A DNA stretch of 64,000 bases, taken from Chloroflexota bacterium. GTDB taxonomy: Bacteria > Chloroflexota > UBA11872 > VXOZ01. Made by a program: the position numbers and the translations under genes. The stretch covers positions 1,280,001 to 1,344,000 of the forward strand of contig OY760183.1 in the NCBI GenBank assembly GCA_963663275.1, in the 5' to 3' direction. Shown in pieces: positions 57,092 through 64,000 of this stretch. Position 1 is the first letter of the stretch. Each line of letters opens with the position of its first letter. The notes under the pieces are model-generated. The model was not told where the DNA came from, made no database searches, and saw only the letters and a list, made by a program, of their open reading frames with translations.

Positions 57092-58827
57092 GCCGCGAAT
57101 TCGATCCGGTTGAAACGGAAATCCTCAAGAACGCGCTGGAGTCGCTGGTGGACGAGATGGCGATGACGGTGCTGCGCACGGCGTACTCGAACAATCTGAA
57201 GAACAGCATGGACTTCTCCACCGCGCTCTGCCAGCCCAGCGGCGAGCTTATCGCCCAGGGCCTGACGCTGCCGCTCCACCTCGGCTCGGTGCCCCACGCC
57301 ATGGAGAGCATCTTCGCGACCTTTGGCGGCGACGTGCGGCCCGGCGACGTCTATATGCTCAACGATCCCTACGCGGGCGGCACGCATCTGCCGGACATCT
57401 ACATCTTCAAGCCGGTATTCCTGGAGGGCGCGCTCGCCTGTTTCCTGGTGTCGATTGCGCACCACGCCGACGTGGGCGGGATGGTGGCGGGCGGGAACGG
57501 CTGCGACGCCACGGAAATCTTCCAGGAAGGCATCCGCATCCCGCCGCTCAAGCTCTACGCCGCCGGCGAACCGAACGAGGCCGTCTTCGAACTGCTGCGG
57601 GCGAACGTGCGCGTGCCCCGGCTGGTGCTGGGCGACATTCGCGCGCAACTCTCCGCCTGCCACGTGGGCGAACGGCGCGTAAAGACCCTGTTCGCGCGCT
57701 ACGGGCACGATGAGTTGCAGGCGCGGTTCTCCGCGCTCCTCGACTACACGGAGCGGCTGGCGCGGCAGGCGATCGCGGACTTTCCGGACGGGGAATACCA
57801 GTTTACGGACTACATCGACGACGACGGTTTCGACCCGGGGCCGATACCCATTGCCGTTACCGTGCGGGTGCACGGGGATGCGATGACGGTGGACTTTGCG
57901 GGCACCGCGCCGCAGGTGCGCGGCGGCATCAACTCGCCGATTCCCTTTACGCGCTCGGCGGTCTACGCCTGCGTGCGCAGCCTCATGGGAGAGGAAATAC
58001 CGAACAACGAGGGGTACTTTCGTCCGATTGAGGTGATTGCGCCGGAAAGCTCGGTCATCAATCCCAGTATGCCCGCGCCGGTGGCGGCACGCGGCCTGAC
58101 CGGCTACCGCACCGCCAACGCCGTGATGGGCGCGCTGGCCAAACTGGCGCCGGAGCGCATCCCGGCCTGCGAGGTGGGCGGCGATACCGGCGTGAGCATC
58201 GGCGGCTACGACGACGCGGGCAATCCCTTCGTCTACCTGGAATTTCTCTTTGGCTCGTGGGGAGGCAAGCCCTGGAGCGATGGGACCGACGCCATGGCGA
58301 GCATCGTGGTGAACTTTTCGAACAACCCGGTGGAAGTGGTGGAGGCGGAACTGCCGCTGCGCATCGAACGCTACGGCTACGTGCCGGATTCTGAGGGGGC
58401 GGGCGCTTATCGCGGCGGCTTGGCGCTGGTGCGCGACTACCGCCTGCGAGAGAAGCGCGCCACGCTGCAACTCCGTTCGGATCGCCACAAGAAGCACGCC
58501 TACGGACTGGCCGGCGGCCACCCCGGCGCGCCCTCGCGGAACATCCTCAATCCGGATACCGAGGCGCGGGTGCTGACGAGCAAGGCAACCGAGACGATCT
58601 TCGAGGGCGATCTGTTCCGGCACATGGTCTCCGGGGCCGGCGGCTGGGGCAACCCGCTGGAGCGCGACCCGCAATTGGTGCTGGACGACGTGCGCAATGA
58701 GAAGGTGTCCCGCGAGCGGGCCCGCGAAGTCTACGGCGTCGTGGTTACGCCAGATGGGGCGCTTGATTTGCATGCAACGGAACGATGCCGGAGCGTGGGG
58801 TCAGGTGATGATTTGGCGGCACGCTGA
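57088..58827 (+). CDS. Hydantoinase B / oxoprolinase family subunit
   Basis: NDPYAGGTHLPD, HHADVGG, FQEGIRIPP, DSEGAGAYRGG, GAGGWGNP; GTG overlaps the upstream TGA. Confidence 0.94.
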   Translation: MSREFDPVETEILKNALESLVDEMAMTVLRTAYSNNLKNSMDFSTALCQPSGELIAQGLTLPLHLGSVPHAMESIFATFGGDVRPGDVYMLNDPYAGGTHLPDIYIFKPVFLEGALACFLVSIAHHADVGGMVAGGNGCDATEIFQEGIRIPPLKLYAAGEPNEAVFELLRANVRVPRLVLGDIRAQLSACHVGERRVKTLFARYGHDELQARFSALLDYTERLARQAIADFPDGEYQFTDYIDDDGFDPGPIPIAVTVRVHGDAMTVDFAGTAPQVRGGINSPIPFTRSAVYACVRSLMGEEIPNNEGYFRPIEVIAPESSVINPSMPAPVAARGLTGYRTANAVMGALAKLAPERIPACEVGGDTGVSIGGYDDAGNPFVYLEFLFGSWGGKPWSDGTDAMASIVVNFSNNPVEVVEAELPLRIERYGYVPDSEGAGAYRGGLALVRDYRLREKRATLQLRSDRHKKHAYGLAGGHPGAPSRNILNPDTEARVLTSKATETIFEGDLFRHMVSGAGGWGNPLERDPQLVLDDVRNEKVSRERAREVYGVVVTPDGALDLHATERCRSVGSGDDLAAR

Positions 58828-59014
58828 CGGTTGCGCTAGAATCTTGCGTCTGGAACCGCCTTCCCGCGCGATCTTTCTGAGCATCTACTCGTCGCGGTGC
58901 TCGGACGCTATACACAGCCCAACCTGACACACGGCCTCTGCCGCTTACTTACGCAAGTCCGGAACTCCATCAGGGCGCTGCGCTCTTTGCTCTGGCACTT
59001 GCATTAGCCGTGGT

Positions 59015-59203
59015 CTATTTCGACTGGTCCTGCTCTTTGGAGTTTCGTGCTTGCATGAAATATCCTTCAAGCAACCCCTCGATGCGAGAAACTCGATCCG
59101 ACAATGCAGATATGCGAGTTTCGAATCTCCAGAGCAGGCCGAGCCATGCTGCCGCTGCCACAATACTGGGCATCCATTCCGACAGCGAATCCATAGCTCT
59201 CAT
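59015..59203 (-). CDS. Small membrane-anchored coiled-coil protein
   Basis: Short hydrophobic stretch IVAAAAWLGLLW, then heptads RISALSDRVSRIEGLLEG; lies in a lower-GC gap. Confidence 0.55.
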   Translation of the reverse strand: MRAMDSLSEWMPSIVAAAAWLGLLWRFETRISALSDRVSRIEGLLEGYFMQARNSKEQDQSK

Positions 59204-59348
59204 CCCTTACTAGTCACCGACTTTCTACAGTCTAACTCACCTGACAAGCAAATGATATTGCTCAAGCTTTCTATGCTTGCCTAGATGAACGGCCTGTTCG
59301 CGTTTGGCCTTGATGTGATCCTGCACGAGGCTTCATTGCGGGCCAACC

Positions 59349-60665
59349 CTAGGCTCCCGCCGGGGCGAGTTCCGCAAGGCGATCAGCATTAGCGACCACC
59401 TTGCGAAAAGCCGCGCCGACCTGCTCCACCCACGCCGGACTCGGGTCGATGGGCGTCTTGACCCAGAAGGCCGTGTCGTGGATGCGCTCGCTCACGGGCA
59501 AGTGGCCGCGCTGTCTGCGGATGCGTGACTCTGCCGGCAGGTCTTTCCACGGCCCGCCCACGTTGTCGAGCGTGTAGTCGTTGAAGAGCGGCTCCAGGTG
59601 CATCACGCCGTAGCCGAAGGGCGTGATTTCGGCGGTCATCGGCACGCCTTCGGCAACCAGCGCCTTGAGAATCGCGTTGACCGGCGCGCCGATTTCCGCC
59701 TGGTCGAGCGTACCCGCGTAGTGCACCAGGCCGCCGCGGACGGCCTGGGGATAGACCTTTTGCGGGTAGACGCCGGGGATCGCGCTGAGCAGCGAGTCGA
59801 GCCGGTCGAACCACGCGCGGCGCTTCTCGTTCATTGCCGGCAGCCGCCGGAACTGCGCGCGCACCATGCCGATGGCGAGCGGATTGGCGCGGTACTTGAC
59901 GCCGAATCCCATGTTGCGGAGGTCGGCGAACTCGGCGGTTGACCAGAGCTTGCCGCAGCGCCCGTATTGGCCGAGCGCCAACATGCGGTCGTAGAGCGCG
60001 TCGTCGTCGGTGACGGCAACCCCGGCCTCGATGCCGGTCATGGCCTTGCCCTTCTGCAGGCTGAAGCAGCCGACGTGACCGAACGAGCCGACCGGTTTGC
60101 CGTCCCACGTCGCGCCGTGGGCGTGGGAGGCGTCCTCGATGAGGACGATGTCCGTGCCGTCCACGATGTCACGAAATGCGTCCATATCCGCCGGATTTCC
60201 GTACACGTGGGTGACGACGATGGCGCAGGTGCGGTCGGTTATCTTGCGCCGCGCGTCCGCCGGGTCGGCGCAGAAGGTATCGGGATCCGCGTCGCAGAAG
60301 ACCGGCGTGGCGCCGCAGTGCAGAATGGGGCTGATGCTCGCGTGCCAGGTGACGGAGGGCACGATCACCTCTTTGCCGGCGTGCGCGCCCGCGGCAAAGA
60401 GCGCGGAATGCAGGGTGGCGGTGCCGTTGCACATGGCAAGGGCGTGTTTCGCGCCGATGAACTCGCGCCACTCCTTTTCGAAGAGGTCCAGCTCGGCGTA
60501 GGCGTCGCCGAAGTTGTCCATCACCCGCAGCACGTACTCTTTTTCCAGGTCGGTCACGCGCTCCCAGCGGTCGTCGATGGGTGCGGTCACCGCCTTTGGC
60601 CCGCCGTCAAGGGCAAGCGTGCCGGTGGAGGACGGCGCGGACGGGGCGTGTAGTGTCTTTGCCAT
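59349..60665 (-). CDS. DegT/DnrJ/EryC1/StrS family PLP aminotransferase
   Basis: LALDGG, NGTATLH, VTHVYGNPADM, IEDASHAHGA, FSLQKGK..TGIEAG, GVKYR. Confidence 0.93.
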   Translation of the reverse strand: MAKTLHAPSAPSSTGTLALDGGPKAVTAPIDDRWERVTDLEKEYVLRVMDNFGDAYAELDLFEKEWREFIGAKHALAMCNGTATLHSALFAAGAHAGKEVIVPSVTWHASISPILHCGATPVFCDADPDTFCADPADARRKITDRTCAIVVTHVYGNPADMDAFRDIVDGTDIVLIEDASHAHGATWDGKPVGSFGHVGCFSLQKGKAMTGIEAGVAVTDDDALYDRMLALGQYGRCGKLWSTAEFADLRNMGFGVKYRANPLAIGMVRAQFRRLPAMNEKRRAWFDRLDSLLSAIPGVYPQKVYPQAVRGGLVHYAGTLDQAEIGAPVNAILKALVAEGVPMTAEITPFGYGVMHLEPLFNDYTLDNVGGPWKDLPAESRIRRQRGHLPVSERIHDTAFWVKTPIDPSPAWVEQVGAAFRKVVANADRLAELAPAGA

Positions 60666-60819
60666 GGCTGAACTCCTCAGGTGCATTGTTCGCTTTGACG
60701 CTTAACTATTGTCTATGTTCGCTCCAGTGTCAAGCATGTAATGGCGCGGCTTGGCGCCAAGCGCCTTGCCCGATAGCGTGTGCATGTTTCGCGCCAAGCC
60801 TGTCCGTGCTCCGGCACGG

Positions 60820-60993
60820 GGAGGCGGGGGTAGGCATTCTACATCCGACTTCACGTGTCATTCCGAGCGGAGCGCAGCGGAGAGTCGCTAAGAGCGCGGA
60901 ATCTAAGGCTTCCGCTGCAAAAACATCGGTTCTAGATTCCGCGAACCCTGTTCGACGCTCCGCTCGGAATGACACTTGGCTACCCCTGTCAGG
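60820..60993. mobile_element. MITE family C, degenerate copy
   Basis: GGGGTAGGCATTCTACATCCGACTT...CTACCCCTGTCAG matches 35297-35443; left end eroded. Confidence 0.7.
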
Positions 60994-61056
60994 GCATGGG
61001 GGAGGCGGGGGAGAAGCCCCCGCGCTACGGCCGGTAAGCAGGCGGGGGAGAAGCCC

Positions 61057-61240
61057 CAATGGTGTCACGTTAAGGTAGCGCGGGGGCTTGTCCCCCGCCG
61101 GAGCAAGAGAACAAACACGCAAGGGATTGACCGTACAGAGACGCAGATTGCAAACGCTACCCTGAGCTTGTCGAAGGGCTGCATTACCGGAGATATGAAG
61201 CATGGTTTTCATTCACATTGCACTTATTGAGGCAGCATTG
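61057..61240. mobile_element. MITE family B, older copy (184 bp)
   Basis: CAATGGTGTCACGTTAA...TTGAGGCAGCATTG flanked by GGGAGAAGCCC / GTGACAAGCCC. Confidence 0.65.
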
Positions 61241-61405
61241 GTGACAAGCCCCCGCGCTACGGCTGGTAAGCGTGGCTACAACGTGAATGTGGCAAGAGAA
61301 CATTAACTGTGTCCAAGCGCTTGGCTCTTGAACGAAAGAGGAGGTGTGCGCAGGATGAGCGCACACCTCTGTTTTCTTGACACGGTGCGAATGGACAGAG
61401 TGGCC

Positions 61406-62551
61406 TTAGCCTATAGCCTTGCGGCGGCTCCATTGCCACAGGAGCAGAGCGCCGGCGACGATCAGGGCCAGCGGCCAGGTGAAGTCAGAGATGAACGAGG
61501 GCAGGACGGAATCGATGAGCACGAGCGCGCCGAGCGCCAACATGCCGCCGCCAATCCACGCGCGCCACGCCGGTCGCGGCCCCGCGCGCTTGCGATGCAG
61601 CAATATGAACAGGCCGATACCCATTATCAAGAGCGAGCCGATCGCGCCGTCGGAAATCCAGAACGGGTTCAAGCTATCCAAGAAGGTGAGAATGCTGACG
61701 AGCACCAAGCCGCCGCCGACCCAGGTGCGCCAGGCCGGCCGGGGTTTGTCGTCGCTGCGATAGAAGAGCAAGAGCGCGCCAATCACGAGGATGACGAGAG
61801 ACTCAGGGGAGAACCAAAGCCAGTCTACGCTGTTCGCCAGCGCGATGGTTCCGACGACCAATAGGCCCGCGCCAAGCACGGGCAGCCAACGCTGCGCCGG
61901 TTTGGCGGTTGCGGGGCGGGCCTCCGCCTGGGGTTGCTCTTCCTCCAGGTCCTCTTCGCTGATGCCGAGGATTTCGTTTTCGAGTTCCTGTTCCTGGGCG
62001 CGCTTGGCGGCGGCGGGATCCGGCGGGCGCGGTTCTTGTTTGAAGGTATCCCGCACCCGGTCGCCGAACCGTTCCACCATGGGGTCTACGCGATTCGCCA
62101 CGTCCCTGAAGGTGTCGTCGGCGGCCGAGGTCAGACGGCCGCTCTCAGGCATGACCAGCCAGAAGATGGGGTAGGCCAGCAGCGTCAACCCGCCGCTGAT
62201 GAAGGTGGCAGCCACCCAGAGCACGCGCATGAGCGTCACGTCCATGCCGAGGTAGGCGGCAAGTCCGCCGCAGACGCCGGCCAACATGCGCTCGCCGCGG
62301 CTGCGGGTGAGGCGCTGGCCTAGGGGGGCGGCCTGCGCGTGGTGAGGCGCTTCCGGCATGACAATCCAACAAACGATATAGGCAAAGAGCGCCGCGCCGC
62401 CGGAGAGAAAGAACGCCAGTATCCAGAGCAGGCGCACGATGGTGGGGTCCCAATCGATGTACTCCGCCACGCCGCCGCAGACACCGGCGCAGGTGCGGTC
62501 CGTCCGGCTCCGCATGAGGCGCCGTACGGCGGGTTCTACCGTCTCCGTCAT
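61406..62551 (-). CDS. PspC-domain envelope-stress protein (two PspC domains plus repeated TM hairpins)
   Basis: RSRTDRTCAGVCGGVAEY and RSRGERMLAGVCGGLAAY; duplicated PRPAWR.W.GGG...G.L..DS..P..ISD blocks; TTGACT-18 nt-TATAAT upstream on the minus strand (62596-62625). Confidence 0.88.
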   Translation of the reverse strand: MTETVEPAVRRLMRSRTDRTCAGVCGGVAEYIDWDPTIVRLLWILAFFLSGGAALFAYIVCWIVMPEAPHHAQAAPLGQRLTRSRGERMLAGVCGGLAAYLGMDVTLMRVLWVAATFISGGLTLLAYPIFWLVMPESGRLTSAADDTFRDVANRVDPMVERFGDRVRDTFKQEPRPPDPAAAKRAQEQELENEILGISEEDLEEEQPQAEARPATAKPAQRWLPVLGAGLLVVGTIALANSVDWLWFSPESLVILVIGALLLFYRSDDKPRPAWRTWVGGGLVLVSILTFLDSLNPFWISDGAIGSLLIMGIGLFILLHRKRAGPRPAWRAWIGGGMLALGALVLIDSVLPSFISDFTWPLALIVAGALLLWQWSRRKAIG

Positions 62552-62694
62552 CGCTCACTCCTCCTCATCGGTCAAGTCTAAACATACTCTTTACGATTAT
62601 AAAACTCTCTCTGGCAATTAGTCAAGTATTCTTAAGAGGAAAATAGCAAAAATCCGGTTGATATTGTTCTCCTCACCTCAGCCCACTCCCCGGG

Positions 62695-62926
62695 AAGACC
62701 TTTGAACAACCCCTTCCCCATTGAGGGCTGACAGGGGTATGTAAGTGTCATTCCGAGCGGAGCGAGGAATCTAGGGAAGATATTCTTGCAGGGTAAGCCT
62801 TAGATTCCTCTCTCCGCTGCGCTCCGTTCGGAATGACACGTGAAGTCGATTATAGAATGCATACCCCTGTCAGCCTCTCCCGGGGGAAACCTTTGCGTAA
62901 CTCTGTCATTCCGGCGAAAGCCGGAA
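62695..62926. mobile_element. Rearranged MITE composite: family A end, family C (62727-62874), second family A start (62886)
   Basis: AAGACCTTTGAACAAC..CCATTGAGG|GCTGACAGGGGTATG...CATACCCCTGTCAGC, then GAAACCTTTGCGTAAC..GTCATTCCGGCGAAAGCCGGAA. Confidence 0.75.
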
Positions 62927-63916
62927 GGTGGATTCACATTTCAAGTGCAACACCTGGTTGATGAATACTTCGGCTGGCGTTTGGAAGTCAAGACACTTGC
63001 GCGGGGTGTGGTTGTAGGCGTGGACCAGTTGCGCAAAGCGTTGTTGGCTCACCTGTGCCAGGTCGGTCTTGCGCGGCAGCCGGCGCCGCAGGCGGCCGAT
63101 GGCGTTCTCGATGCCCCCTTTCTGCCAGGGCGAGTGGGTATCGCAGAAGAAGGTTTGGATGCCCAAGTCATGGAGGCGGTAATGCTGTGCGAACTCCGTG
63201 CCATTGTCGAACGTGACGGTCTGGCTGCACGCTGGGGGCAGCGCGGCGAACAGGTCGTGCAGGATAGTGGCGATCGGCGCTGCCGCCTTGCCGGGCGGTC
63301 GCGCGGCCAGCAACAGGCGCGAGTGGCGCTCGTGCAGGGTCAAGACTGCTTGACCGTAGGTGCGAAAGAGCATCAGGTCCGCCTCCCAGTGGCCGGGCGT
63401 TTGGCGGTCTGCCGCCGCCTGGGGCCGTTCTGCCAGCGGTCGGCGCTGGGCAATGAACGAGGCCGGACTGCCGCCCTTTCGCCCGCGCCAGCCCCGTTTG
63501 GACTTGGCGCGCGGCAGGTAATGCCGCCAGTTACCGTCCTTCGTGCGCGCCTGCTGCCCGTAGATGAAGCGATAGATGGTCTCGTGAGAGACGACCGGCG
63601 CGCCGTTCTCCCGCGCCAAACGTCCGGATACCTGCTCCGGCGACCAACAATCCCGCAAGTATCCCAACACCACCTCCCGCAACTCGGCATCCCGCTCCAG
63701 CTTGCTGCCGCGCCAGCACCGCGCCCACGCCTGATCATCGGCATACTTTGGCTCATAGCCTGCCGATTGCGATCCATTTCGTTTCACCTCCCGCGAAATC
63801 GTCGATGGCGCGCGACCCAGAGTTGCAGCGATTTGCCGGTGCGAGGTTCTCGCGGTGAGAAGTCGGGCAATTTCACACCGCTCTTCAATGGTAAGTTGTG
63901 TGTATTGTTTTCCCAT
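62906..63916 (-). CDS. IS30-family transposase
   Basis: HTH QIAATLGRAPSTISREVKRN, WSPEQ, SHETIY, DDE in HWEADL / TFDNGTEF / WQKGGIEN, PRKCL. Confidence 0.96.
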   Translation of the reverse strand: MGKQYTQLTIEERCEIARLLTARTSHRQIAATLGRAPSTISREVKRNGSQSAGYEPKYADDQAWARCWRGSKLERDAELREVVLGYLRDCWSPEQVSGRLARENGAPVVSHETIYRFIYGQQARTKDGNWRHYLPRAKSKRGWRGRKGGSPASFIAQRRPLAERPQAAADRQTPGHWEADLMLFRTYGQAVLTLHERHSRLLLAARPPGKAAAPIATILHDLFAALPPACSQTVTFDNGTEFAQHYRLHDLGIQTFFCDTHSPWQKGGIENAIGRLRRRLPRKTDLAQVSQQRFAQLVHAYNHTPRKCLDFQTPAEVFINQVLHLKCESTFRLSPE

Positions 63917-63960
63917 GGCAACACCTTAGCAAAGTGTTGCACTTCGTTTGTGAGTCTAGG
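62927..63960 (-). mobile_element. IS30-family insertion sequence (1034 bp)
   Basis: 27-bp imperfect IRs GGTGGATTCACATTTCAAGTGCAACAC / CCTAGACTCACAAACGAAGTGCAACAC (reverse complement); GAA duplicated on both sides. Confidence 0.9.
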
Positions 63961-64000
63961 GAATCCAGACTGCATTTGCAACTGAAGGCAGTGTGATGTC

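Noticed and set aside
56761-58773. Long antisense ORFs (also 40288-41976, 44298-45842, 28439-29680 and others)
   Set aside because: Typical shadow frames of high-GC3 genes with no recognisable motifs

Overview
High-GC bacterial chromosomal window. It is probably from a monoderm, Chloroflexota-like organism; this is inferred only from the four Tat/lipobox carbohydrate-binding proteins, the many Gfo/Idh/MocA and enolase-family enzymes and the repeat content. Core genes (fhs, split metE, guaB, murJ, gmd, rpsU, nadK, recN, an aspartate aminotransferase, ychF) are interspersed with catabolic genes. A lower-GC DNA-modification/defence cassette lies directly behind guaB: amino-MTase, Eco29kI-type GIY-YIG nuclease and DUF5131, with an HNH nuclease one gene further on. 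Nearly every intergenic region holds REP-like palindromes, three MITE families (some nested, with visible target-site duplications) or tandem arrays grown from palindrome arms. A complete IS30 element sits inside one palindrome and its transposase reads out to a stop codon in that target. The most striking single observation is an S8 subtilisin-fold protein (44643-46001). It keeps the Asp, His and oxyanion Asn, but its nucleophile motif reads GGCMASA rather than GTSMASP, so it naturally carries both substitutions (Ser221Cys, Pro225Ala) that define engineered subtiligase. No rRNA, tRNA or CRISPR array was recognised. All family assignments come from motif reading by eye, not database searches.
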